Positions 43,201 through 55,214 of a stretch of 64,000 bases of DNA are shown here, piece after piece. The position numbers and the translations under genes were made by a program. Numbering within the stretch: the stretch's first letter is position 1; each line of letters opens with the position of its first letter. The notes beneath the pieces are model-generated. The model saw only the letters and a program-made list of their open reading frames with translations, was not told the origin of the DNA and did not search any database. Source of the stretch: Gordius albopunctatus (lineage: Eukaryota); NCBI GenBank assembly GCA_964276515.1, contig OZ193910.1, forward strand, positions 7,998,001-8,062,000, given 5' to 3'.

Positions 43201-46200
43201 TTTAAAGGAATTCACCTCTTATACCGAAAACTTTCATGAGAGCTATATGGTTGAACAAAAAAATAGAAAAAATTTTGAGGTCGAAAAAATTATTATTTTT
43301 CATATTCTTTCGAAAGGGAGATGAAAAAATCTTTAAAAGTTAGTAAATATTCTTAGCATTTTGTCCTTGTTAGAATCTTGAAAGGAATTTATGCGTGGGG
43401 GGATGTTTTAGATTGAGAGAAATTAAAATTTAGGTGTTGCGTTTATATTGTTTCAATATCGCTTTATAAGCGTGTCTCTAGTTTTAGTGAAACAAGCTCT
43501 ATGCGATCGTGATTTAGAGTTAATAATTTTTGATGACTGATCAAAAAAATGTTTTTCAAGGAATTCACCTCTTATACCGAAAACTTTCATGAGAGCTATA
43601 TGGTTGAACAAAAAAATTGAAAAAATTTTGAGGTCGAAAAAAATATTGTTTTTCAAATTCTTTCGAAAGGGAGATGAAAAAATCTTTAAAAGTTAGTAAA
43701 TATTCTTAGAATTTTGTCCTTGTTAGAATCTTGATAGGAATTTTTGCGTTGGCGATGTTTGAGATTGAGAGAAAATAAAATTTTCGTGCTGCGTTTAGTT
43801 TGTTTCAATATCGCTTTATAAGCGTGTCTCTAGTTTTAGTGAAACAAGCTCTATGCGATCGTGATTTACAGTTAATAATTTTTGATGACTGATCAAAAAA
43901 ATGTTTTTCAAGGAATTCACCTCTTATACCGAAAACTTTCATGAGAGCTATATGGTTGAACAAAAAAATTGAAAAAATTTTGAGGTCGAAAAAATTATTA
44001 TTTTTCATATTCTTTCGAAAGGGAGATGAAAAAATCTTTAAAAGTTAGTAAATATTCTTAGCATTTTGTCCTTGTTAGAATCTTGATAGGAATATATGCG
44101 TGGGGGGATGTTTGAGATTGAGAGAAATTAAAATTTTCGTGTTGCGTTTATATTGTTTCAATATCGCTTTATAAGCGTGTCTCTAGTTTTAGTGAAACAA
44201 GCTCTATGCGATCGTGATTTAGAGATAATAATTTTTGACGACTGATCAAAAAAATGTTTTTAAAGGAATTCACCTCTTATACCGAAAACTTTCATGAGAG
44301 CTATATGGTTGAACAAAAAAATAGAAAAAATTTTGAGGTCGAAAAAATTATTATTTTTCATATTCTTTCGAAAGGGAGATGAAAAAATCTTTAAAAGTTA
44401 GTAAATATTCTTAGCATTTTGTCCTTGTTAGAATCTTGAAAGGAATTTATGCGTGGGGGGATGTTTTAGATTGAGAGAAATTAAAATTTAGGTGTTGCGT
44501 TTATATTGTTTCAATATCGCTTTATAAGCGTGTCTCTAGTTTTAGTGAAACAAGCTCTATGCGATCGTGATTTAGAGTTAATAATTTTTGATGACTGATC
44601 AAAAAAATGTTTTTCAAGGAATTCACCTCTTATACCGAAAACTTTCATGAGAGCTATATGGTTGAACAAAAAAATTGAAAAAATTTTGAGGTCGAAAAAA
44701 TTATTATTTTTCATATTCTTTCGAAAGGGAGATGAAAAAATCTTTAAAAGTTAGTAAATATTCTTAGCATATTGTCCTCGTTAGAATCTTGATAGGAATT
44801 TATGCGTGGGGGGATGTTTGAGATTGAGAGAAATTAAAATTTTCGTGCTGCGTTTATATTGTTTCAATATCGCTTTATAAGCGTGTCTCTAGTTTTAGTG
44901 AAACAAGCTCTATTCGATCGTGATTCAGAGTTAATAATTTTATGACTGATCAAAAAAATGTTTTTCAAGGAATTCACCTCTTATACCGAAAACTTTCATG
45001 AGAACTATATGGTTGAACAAAAAAATTGAAAAAATTTTGAGGTCGAAAAAATTATTATTTTTCATATTCTTTCGAAAGGGAGATGAAAAAATCTTTAAAA
45101 GTTAGTAAATATTCTTAGCATATTGTCCTCGTTAGAATCTTGATAGGAATTTATGCGTGGGGGGATGTTTTAGATTGAGAGAAATTAAAATTTTCGTGCT
45201 GCGTTTAGTTTGTTTCAATATCGCTTTATAAGCGTGTCTCTAGTTTTAGTGAAACAAGCTCTATGCGATCGTGATTTACAGTTAATAATTTTTGATGACT
45301 GATCAAAAAAATGTTTTTCAAGGAATTCACCTCTTATACCGAAAACTTTCATGAGAGCTATATGGTTGAACAAAAAAATTGAAAAAATTTTGAGGTCGAA
45401 AAAAATATTGTTTTTCAAATTCTTTCGAAAGGGAGATGAAAAAATCTTTAAAAGTTAGTAAATATTCTTAGAATTTTGTCCTTGTTAGAATCTTGATAGG
45501 AATTTTTGCGTTGGCGATGTTTGAGATTGAGAGAAAATAAAATTTTCGTGCTGCGTTTAGTTTGTTTCAATATCGCTTTATAAGCGTGTCTCTAGTTTTA
45601 GTGAAACAAGCTCTATGCGATCGTGATTTACAGTTAATAATTTTTGATGACTGATCAAAAAAATGTTTTTCAAGGAATTCACCTCTTATACCGAAAACTT
45701 TCATGAGAGCTATATGGTTGAACAAAAAAATTGAAAAAATTTTGAGGTCGAAAAAATTATTATTTTTCATATTCTTTCGAAAGGGAGATGAAAAAATCTT
45801 TAAAAGTTAGTAAATATTCTTAGCATTTTGTCCTTGTTAGAATCTTAAGGAATATATGCGTGGGGGGATGTTTGAGATTGAGAGAAATTAAAATTTTCGT
45901 GTTACGTTTATATTGTTTCAATATCGCTTTATAAGCGTGTCTCTAGTTTTAGTGAAACAAGCTCTATGCGATCGTGATTTAGAGTTAATAATTTTTGATG
46001 ACTGATCAAAAAAATGTTTTTCAAGGAATTCACCTCTTATACCGAAAACTTTCATGAGAGCTATATGGTTGAACAAAAAAATTGAAAAAATTTTGAGGTC
46101 GAAAAAATTATTATTTTTCATATTCTTTCGAAAGGGAGATGAAAAAATCTTTAAAAGTTAGTAAATATTCTTAGCATTTTGTCCTTGTTAGAATCTTGAT

Positions 46201-46899
46201 AGGAATTTATCCTTGGGGGGATGTTTGAGATTGAGAGAAATTAAAATTTTCGTGTTGCGTTTATATTGTTTCAATATCGCTTTATAAGCGTGTCTCTAGT
46301 TTTAGTGAAACAAGCTCTATGCGATCGTGATTTAGAGTTAATAATTTTTGATGACTGATCAAAAAAATGTTTTTCAAGGAATTCACCTCTTATACCGAAA
46401 ACTTTCATGAGAGCTATATGGTTGAACAAAAAAATTGAAAAAATTTTGAGGTCGAAAAAATTATTATTTTTCATATTCTTTCGAAAGGGAGATGAAAAAA
46501 TCTTTAAAAGTTAGTAAATATTCTTAGCATTTTGTCCTCGTTAGAATCTTGATATGAATTTATGCGTGGGGGGATGTTTGAGATTGAGAGAAATTAAAAT
46601 TTTCGTGCTGCGTTTAGTTTGTTTCAATAACAAGCTCTATGCGATCGTGATTTACAGTTAATAATTTTTGATGACTGATCAAAAAAATGTTTTTCAAGGA
46701 ATTCACCTCTTATACCGAAAACTTTCATGAGAGCTATATGGTTGAACAAAAAAATTGAAAAAATTTTGAGGTCGAAAAAATTATTATTTTTCATATTCTT
46801 TCGAAAGGGAGATGAAAAAATCTTTAAAAGTTAGTAAATATTCTTAGCATTTTGTCCTTGTTAGAATCTTGATAGGAATATATGCGTGGGGGGATGTTT

Positions 46900-49800
46900 G
46901 AGATTGAGAGAAATTAAAATTTTCGTGTTACGTTTATATTGTTTCAATATCGCTTTATAAGCGTGTCTCTAGTTTTAGTGAAACAAGCTCTATGCGATCG
47001 TGATTTAGAGTTAATAATTTTTGATGACTGATCAAAAAAATGTTTTTCAAGGAATTCACCTCTTATACCGAAAACTTTCATGAGAGCTATATGGTTGAAC
47101 AAAAAAATTGAAAAAATTTTGAGGTCGAAAAAATTATTATTTTTCATATTCTTTCGAAAGGGAGATGAAAAAATCTTTAAAAGTTAGTAAATATTTTTAG
47201 CATATTGTCCTCGTTAGAATCTTGATAGGAATTTATGCGTGGGGGGATGTTTGAGATTGAGAGAAATTAAAATTTTCGTGCTGCGTTTAGTTTGTTTCAA
47301 TATCGCTTTATACGCGTGTCTCTAGTTTTAGTGAAACAAGCTCTATGCGATCGTGATTTACAGTTAATAATTTTTGATGACTGATCAAAAAAATGTTTTT
47401 CAATGAATTCACCTCTTATACCGAAAACTTTCATGAGAGCTATATGGTTGAACAAAAAAATTGAAAAAATTTTGAGGTCGAAAAAAATATTATTTTTCAA
47501 ATTCTTTCGAAAGGGAGATGAAAAAATCTTTAAAAGTTAGTAAATATTCTTAGCATTTTGTCCTTGTTAGAATCTTGACAGAAATTTAGGCGTGGGGGGA
47601 TGTTTTAGATTGAGAGAAATTAAAATTTAGGTGTTGCGTTTATATTGTTTCAATATCGCTTTATAAGCGTGTCTCTAGTTTTAGTTAAACAAGCTCTATG
47701 CGATCGTGATTTAGAGTTAATAATTTTTGATGACTGATCAAAAAAATGTTTTTCAATGAATTCACCTCTTATACCGAAAACTTTCATGAGAGCTATATGG
47801 TTGAACAAAAAAATTGAAAAAATTTTGAGGTCGAAAAAATTATTATTTTTCATATTCTTTCGAAAGGGAGATGAAAAAATCTTTAAAAGTTAGTAAATAT
47901 TCTTAGCATTTTGTCCTTGTTAGAATCTTGATAGGAATTTATCCTTGGGGGGATGTTTGAGATTGAGAGAAATTAAAATTTTCGTGTTGCGTTTATATTG
48001 TTTCAATATCGCTTTATAAGCGTGTCTCTAGTTTTAGTGAAACAAGCTCTATGCGATCGTGATTTAGAGTTAATAATTTTTGATGACTGATCAAAAAAAT
48101 GTTTTTCAAGGAATTCACCTCTTATACCGAAAACTTTCATGAGAGCTATATGGTTGAACAAAAAAATTGAAAAAATTTTGAGGTCGAAAAAATTATTATT
48201 TTTCATATTCTTTCGAAAGGGAGATGAAAAAATCTTTAAAAGTTAGTAAATATTCTTAGCATATTGTCCTCGTTAGAATCTTGATAGGAATTTATGCGTG
48301 GGGGGATGTTTTAGATTGAGAGAAATTAAAATTTTCGTGCTGCGTTTAGTTTGTTTCAATATCGCTTTATAAGCGTGTCTCTAGTTTTAGTGAAACAAGC
48401 TCTATGCGATCGTGATTTACAGTTAATAATTTTTGATGACTGATCAAAAAAATGTTTTTCAATGAATTCACCTCTTATACCGAAAACTTTCATGAGAGCT
48501 ATATGGTTGAACAAAAAAATTGAAAAAATTTTGAGGTCGAAAAAAATATTATTTTTCATATTCTTTCGAAAGGGAGATGAAAAAATCTTTAAAAGTTAGT
48601 AAATATTCTTAGCATTTTGTCCTTGTTAGAATCTTGACAGAAATTTAGGCGTGGGGGGATGTTTGAGATTGAGAGAAATTAAAATTTTCGTGCTGCGTTT
48701 AGTTTGTTTCAATATCGCTTTATAAGCGTGTCTCTAGTTTTAGTGAAACAAGCTCTATGCGATCGTGATTTAGAGTTAATAATTTTTGATGACTGATCAA
48801 AAAAATGTTTTTCAAGGAATTCACCTCTTATACCGAAAACTTTCATGAGAGCTATATGGTTGAACAAAAAAATTGAAAAAATTTTGAGGTCGAAAAAAAT
48901 ATTATTTTTCATATTCTTTCGAAAGGGAGATGAAAAAATCTTTAAAAGTTAGTAAATATTCTTAGCATTTTGTCCTTGTTAGAATCTTGACAGAAATTTA
49001 GGCGTGGGGGGATGTTTGAGATTGAGAGAAATTAAAATTTAGGTGTTGCGTTTATATTGTTTCAATATCGCTTTATACGCGTGTCTCTAGTTTTAGTGAA
49101 ACAAGCTCTATGCGATCGTGATTTACAGTTAATAATTTTTGATGACTGATCAAAAAAATGTTTTTCAATGAATTCACCTCTTATACCGAAAACTTTCATG
49201 AGAGCTATATGGTTGAACAAAAAAATTGAAAAAATTTTGAGGTCGAAAAAATTATTATTTTTCATATTCTTTCGAAAGGGAGATGAAAAAATCTTTAAAA
49301 GTTAGTAAATATTCTTAGCATTTTGTCCTTGTTAGAATCTTGATAGGAATATATGCGTGGGGGGATGTTTGAGATTGAGAGAAATTAAAATTTTCGTGTT
49401 ACGTTTATATTGTTTCAATATCGCTTTATAAGCGTGTCTCTAGTTTTAGTGAAACAAGCTCTATGCGATCGTGATTTAGAGTTAATAATTTTTGATGACT
49501 GATCAAAAAAATGTTTTTCAAGGAATTCACCTCTTATACCGAAAACTTTCATGAGAGCTATATGGTTGAACAAAAAAATTGAAAAAATTTTGAGGTCGAA
49601 AAAATTATTATTTTTCATATTCTTTCGAAAGGGAGATGAAAAAATCTTTAAAAGTTAGTAAATATTTTTAGCATATTGTCCTCGTTAGAATCTTGATAGG
49701 AATTTATGCGTGGGGGGATGTTTGAGATTGAGAGAAATTAAAATTTTCGTGCTGCGTTTAGTTTGTTTCAATATCGCTTTATACGCGTGTCTCTAGTTTT

Positions 49801-51900
49801 AGTGAAACAAGCTCTATGCGATCGTGATTTACAGTTAATAATTTTTGATGACTGATCAAAAAAATGTTTTTCAATGAATTCACCTCTTATACCGAAAACT
49901 TTCATGAGAGCTATATGGTTGAACAAAAAAATTGAAAAAATTTTGAGGTCGAAAAAAATATTATTTTTCAAATTCTTTCGAAAGGGAGATGAAAAAATCT
50001 TTAAAAGTTAGTAAATATTCTTAGCATTTTGTCCTTGTTAGAATCTTGACAGAAATTTAGGCGTGGGGGGATGTTTTAGATTGAGAGAAATTAAAATTTA
50101 GGTGTTGCGTTTATATTGTTTCAATATCGCTTTATAAGCGTGTCTCTAGTTTTAGTGAAACAAGCTCTATGCGATCGTGATTTAGAGTTAATAATTTTTG
50201 ATGACTGATCAAAAAAATGTTTTTCAATGAATTCACCTCTTATACCGAAAACTTTCATGAGAGCTATATGGTTGAACAAAAAAATTGAAAAAATTTTGAG
50301 GTCGAAAAAATTATTATTTTTCATATTCTTTCGAAAGGGAGATGAAAAAATCTTTAAAAGTTAGTAAATATTCTTAGCATTTTGTCCTTGTTAGAATCTT
50401 GATAGGAATTTATCCTTGGGGGGATGTTTGAGATTGAGAGAAATTAAAATTTTCGTGTTGCGTTTATATTGTTTCAATATCGCTTTATAAGCGTGTCTCT
50501 AGTTTTAGTGAAACAAGCTCTATGCGATCGTGATTTAGAGTTAATAATTTTTGATGACTGATCAAAAAAATGTTTTTCAAGGAATTCACCTCTTATACCG
50601 AAAACTTTCATGAGAGCTATATGGTTGAACAAAAAAATTGAAAAAATTTTGAGGTCGAAAAAATTATTATTTTTCATATTCTTTCGAAAGGGAGATGAAA
50701 AAATCTTTAAAAGTTAGTAAATATTCTTAGCATATTGTCCTCGTTAGAATCTTGATAGGAATTTATGCGTGGGGGGATGTTTTAGATTGAGAGAAATTAA
50801 AATTTTCGTGCTGCGTTTAGTTTGTTTCAATATCGCTTTATAAGCGTGTCTCTAGTTTTAGTGAAACAAGCTCTATGCGATCGTGATTTACAGTTAATAA
50901 TTTTTGATGACTGATCAAAAAAATGTTTTTCAATGAATTCACCTCTTATACCGAAAACTTTCATGAGAGCTATATGGTTGAACAAAAAAATTGAAAAAAT
51001 TTTGAGGTCGAAAAAAATATTATTTTTCATATTCTTTCGAAAGGGAGATGAAAAAATCTTTAAAAGTTAGTAAATATTCTTAGCATTTTGTCCTTGTTAG
51101 AATCTTGACAGAAATTTAGGCGTGGGGGGATGTTTGAGATTGAGAGAAATTAAAATTTTCGTGCTGCGTTTAGTTTGTTTCAATATCGCTTTATAAGCGT
51201 GTCTCTAGTTTTAGTGAAACAAGCTCTATGCGATCGTGATTTAGAGTTAATAATTTTTGATGACTGATCAAAAAAATGTTTTTCAAGGAATTCACCTCTT
51301 ATACCGAAAACTTTCATGAGAGCTATATGGTTGAACAAAAAAATTGAAAAAATTTTGAGGTCGAAAAAATTATTATTTTTCATATTCTTTCGAAAGGGAG
51401 ATGAAAAAATCTTTAAAAGTTAGTAAATATTCTTAGCATATTGTCCTCGTTAGAATCTTGATAGGAATTTATGCGTGGGGGGATGTTTTAGATTGAGAGA
51501 AATTAAAATTTTCGTGCTGCGTTTAGTTTGTTTCAATATCGCTTTATAAGCGTGTCTCTAGTTTTAGTGAAACAAGCTCTATGCGATCGTGATTTACAGT
51601 TAATAATTTTTGATGACTGATCAAAAAAATGTTTTTCAATGAATTCACCTCTTATACCGAAAACTTTCATGAGAGCTATATGGTTGAACAAAAAAATTGA
51701 AAAAATTTTGAGGTCGAAAAAAATATTATTTTTCATATTCTTTCGAAAGGGAGATGAAAAAATCTTTAAAAGTTAGTAAATATTCTTAGCATTTTGTCCT
51801 TGTTAGAATCTTGACAGAAATTTAGGCGTGGGGGGATGTTTGAGATTGAGAGAAATTAAAATTTTCGTGCTGCGTTTAGTTTGTTTCAATATCGCTTTAT
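46900..51900. repeat. Local 7-monomer (2471-bp) higher-order duplication with CAATGAATTC / GACAGAAATTTAGGC variants
   Basis: Matching variant monomers are offset by 2471 bp (47297/49768, 47650/50121, 48003/50474, 48356/50827). Confidence 0.75.
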
Positions 51901-54006
51901 AAGCGTGTCTCTAGTTTTAGTGAAACAAGCTCTATGCGATCGTGATTTAGAGTTAATAATTTTTGATGACTGATCAAAAAAATGTTTTTCAAGGAATTCA
52001 CCTCTTACACCGAAAACTTTCATGAGAGCTATATGGTTGAACAAAAAAATTGAAAAAATTTTGAGGTCGAAAAAATTATTATTTTTCATATTCTTTCGAA
52101 AGGGAGATGAAAAAATCTTTAAAAGTTAGTAAATATTCTTAGCATATTGTCCTCGTTAGAATCTTGATAGGAATTTATGCGTGGGGGGATGTTTTAGATT
52201 GAGAGAAATTAAAATTTTCGTGCTGCGTTTAGTTTGTTTCAATATCGCTTTATAAGCGTGTCTCTAGTTTTAGTGAAACAAGCTCTATGCGATCGTGATT
52301 TACAGTTAATAATTTTTGATGACTGATCAAAAAAATGTTTTTCAAGGAATTCACCTCTTATACCGAAAACTTTCATGAGAGCTATATGGTTGAACAAAAA
52401 AATTGAAAAAATTTTGAGGTCGAAAAAAATATTGTTTTTCAAATTCTTTCGAAAGGGAGATGAAAAAATCTTTAAAAGTTAGTAAATATTCTTAGAATTT
52501 TGTCCTTGTTAGAATCTTGATAGGAATTTTTGCGTTGGCGATGTTTGAGATTGAGAGAAAATAAAATTTTCGTGCTGCGTTTAGTTTGTTTCAATATCGC
52601 TTTATAAGCGTGTCTCTAGTTTTAGTGAAACAAGCTCTATGCGATCGTGATTTACAGTTAATAATTTTTGATGACTGATCAAAAAAATGTTTTTCAAGGA
52701 ATTCACCTCTTATACCGAAAACTTTCATGAGAGCTATATGGTTGAACAAAAAAATTGAAAAAATTTTGAGGTCGAAAAAATTATTATTTTTCATATTCTT
52801 TCGAAAGGGAGATGAAAAAATCTTTAAAAGTTAGTAAATATTCTTAGCATTTTGTCCTTGTTAGAATCTTGATAGGAATATATGCGTGGGGGGATGTTTG
52901 AGATTGAGAGAAATTAAAATTTTCGTGTTGCGTTTATATTGTTTCAATATCGCTTTATAAGCGTGTCTCTAGTTTTAGTGAAACAAGCTCTATGCGATCG
53001 TGATTTAGAGATAATAATTTTTGACGACTGATCAAAAAAATGTTTTTAAAGGAATTACCTCTTATACCGAAAACTTTCATGAGAGCTATATGGTTGAACA
53101 AAAAAATAGAAAAAATTTTGAGGTCGAAAAAATTATTATTTTTCATATTCTTTCGAAAGGGAGATGAAAAAATCTTTAAAAGTTAGTAAATATTCTTAGC
53201 ATTTTGTCCTTGTTAGAATCTTGAAAGGAATTTATGCGTGGGGGGATGTTTTAGATTGAGAGAAATTAAAATTTAGGTGTTGCGTTTATATTGTTTCAAT
53301 ATCGCTTTATAAGCGTGTCTCTAGTTTTAGTGAAACAAGCTCTATGCGATCGTGATTTAGAGTTAATAATTTTTGATGACTGATCAAAAAAATGTTTTTC
53401 AAGGAATTCACCTCTTATACCGAAAACTTTCATGAGAGCTATATGGTTGAACAAAAAAATTGAAAAAATTTTGAGGTCGAAAAAATTATTATTTTTCATA
53501 TTCTTTCGAAAGGGAGATGAAAAAATCTTTAAAAGTTAGTAAATATTCTTAGCATATTGTCCTCGTTAGAATCTTGATAGGAATTTATGCGTGGGGGGAT
53601 GTTTGAGATTGAGAGAAATTAAAATTTTCGTGCTGCGTTTATATTGTTTCAATATCGCTTTATAAGCGTGTCTCTAGTTTTAGTGAAACAAGCTCGATGC
53701 GATCGTGATTTAGAGTTAATAATTTTTGATGACTGATCAAAAAAATGTTTTTCAAGCAATTCACCTGTTATACCGAAAACTTTCATGAGAGCTATATGGT
53801 TGAACAAAAAAATTGAAAAAATTTTGAGGTCGAAAAAAATATTATTTTTCAAATTCTTTCGAAAGGATGATGAAAAAATCTTTAAAAGTTAGTAAATATT
53901 CTTAGCATTTTGTCCTTGTTAGAATATTGATAGAAATTTATGCGTGGGGGGATGTTTTAGATTGAGAGAAATTAAAATTTAGGTGTTGCGTTTATATTGT
54001 TTCAAT

Positions 54007-54014
54007 ATCGCTTT
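54007..54014 (+). repeat. Target-site duplication, left copy (ATCGCTTT)
   Basis: Identical to 56896-56903; present only once in uninterrupted monomers (TTCAAT-ATCGCTTT-ATAAGCG). Confidence 0.96.
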
Positions 54015-54023
54015 TAGAGATGG
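54015..54023 (+). repeat. Terminal inverted repeat at the transposase 3' end (TAGAGATGG)
   Basis: Exact reverse complement of 56887-56895; the match stops after 9 bp (GTAATT versus CACAGG). Confidence 0.93.
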
Positions 54024-54025
54024 GT

Positions 54026-54120
54026 AATTTCCCGGGAATTTTCATCGAGGGAATATTCCCAGGGAAAATAGGGAATTTTGGGGAAATAACGGGAATTTTG
54101 GGGAATTCATGGGGAAAATA
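54026..54120. repeat. Subterminal GGGAA repeat cluster, probable transposase-binding sites
   Basis: TTCCCGGGAA at 54029-54038, GGGAATATTCCC at 54049-54060, then GGGAA at 54062, 54071, 54081, 54091, 54101 and 54112. The binding role is inferred by analogy with Ac and Hermes subterminal repeats. Confidence 0.8.
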
Positions 54121-54186
54121 AATACTTTGATTGTTAATATATAGTCTTAGATGAAAAAAAGATGCTAGGGTGTAAAATGAAATGCT

Positions 54187-54199
54187 AATAAAGTTTATT
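54187..54199. terminator. Candidate polyadenylation signals on both strands (AATAAA-G-TTTATT)
   Basis: Minus-strand AATAAA at 54194-54199, about 50 nt after the transposase stop, directly beside a plus-strand AATAAA at 54187-54192. Motif evidence only, in AT-rich DNA. Confidence 0.45.
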
Positions 54200-54248
54200 T
54201 CTCCAATAATACACAATATTTCATTACAAATTTACATAAAAATATACA

Positions 54249-54953
54249 TTAAAAATTGTCAATATCTAAACTGTCACTATCGTCATTTAGCGATGAAATT
54301 GATTCATCAGATGAAGATATTGAGCGCGCTTTTGCATTAAAATTGATACTACTTTTCAAGTGCATGTTGTGCCGCCTTATGGACACTAGCTTTTTCACCT
54401 TGTCGTTTTTCATTCGATTTCTTGATTTAGAATGTACATAACCAAATGTGGACCAAATTCTTTCTGTGGCAGCACTGGTAGCTGGAATTGAAAAGAGTTT
54501 CACGGCAATTTCAGATAAGGGTTGGTTAGTGCACAAGCCTTTCCACCACGTCAAGGGTGAAATGTAACTAGCGCTATCCCATATTGACCGCTCAGCAAAC
54601 AACCCGTCTTTAGCACGAAATTCTGCCAAATTGGCAATAACTTGGCCTATATTGAAATTATAGCCTTGAGAAATAATCTTGATAGCGTTAATTGCTTCAG
54701 CTATTTCTTTTGTAGTAAGGTTGACTCCACAATAACGTGGATCAAGCAAGTTAGCTGCCATATGAAAATCCTTACAGCAAAACGATTTCCTTTTGCTCAC
54801 GAATTTTTTAATAGCACTTGCATCAATTAGGCTAAATTCCTTACTAGAAATTTGGCTGAAATGGGCTTTAATAGTATGAAATGCTTCCGGTACATCAGAC
54901 AATAATCCAGAGTCACTTTCTATGCAAGTTATTTTGGTCAAAATTACATCTAA
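54249..54953 (-). CDS. hAT transposase C-terminal part with the catalytic Glu and hAT C-terminal (Dimer_Tnp_hAT-like) region
   Basis: LDVILTKITCIESD..., AANLLDPRY, PLTWW, LFSIPATSAATERIWSTFGYVHSKSRNRM, followed by a Ser/Asp-rich tail; stop codon at 54249-54251. Confidence 0.9.
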   Translation of the reverse strand, partial: LDVILTKITCIESDSGLLSDVPEAFHTIKAHFSQISSKEFSLIDASAIKKFVSKRKSFCCKDFHMAANLLDPRYCGVNLTTKEIAEAINAIKIISQGYNFNIGQVIANLAEFRAKDGLFAERSIWDSASYISPLTWWKGLCTNQPLSEIAVKLFSIPATSAATERIWSTFGYVHSKSRNRMKNDKVKKLVSIRRHNMHLKSSINFNAKARSISSSDESISSLNDDSDSLDIDNF

Positions 54954-55214
54954 AAAAATGTAATTTTTTTATTTTCTCCCAAAAAACATCATTATCAAGC
55001 AAATTTAAACGTTTGCTTCGATCAGCAAATGTATCTGTTAAAGCTAGTTCCTGCAAAGTATCTTTGTTTACTAGGAAACTATTAAGCATTATAACCATAC
55101 CACCCCACCTTGTTGGACAGGGTATTTTCAAAGTTGTGAGTCGATTTTTGTTACATTGTTTTTCTTTAAAAGTTGATGATAATATTGTATTAAATTTAAT
55201 GTATTTTATAATTT
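54913..55214 (-). CDS. hAT transposase middle part (insertion domain), in a shifted frame
   Basis: This frame is open from ~55214 and reads IIKYIKFNTILSSTFKEKQCNKNRLTTLKIPCPTRWGGMVIMLNSFL...VFWEKIKKL, which includes the conserved TRW motif. Confidence 0.85.

Larger units (their letters stand above)
1..54014. repeat. 353-bp AT-rich tandem satellite array, left arm (runs off the window start)
   Basis: The monomer start TTTGAGATTGAGAGAAATTAAAATT recurs at 1 and 354, and the ORF track shows a 353-bp period (48, 401, 754, 1107...). Copies differ by only a few substitutions and small indels; length variants of 352, 354, 345, 331 and 320 bp occur. Confidence 0.99.
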
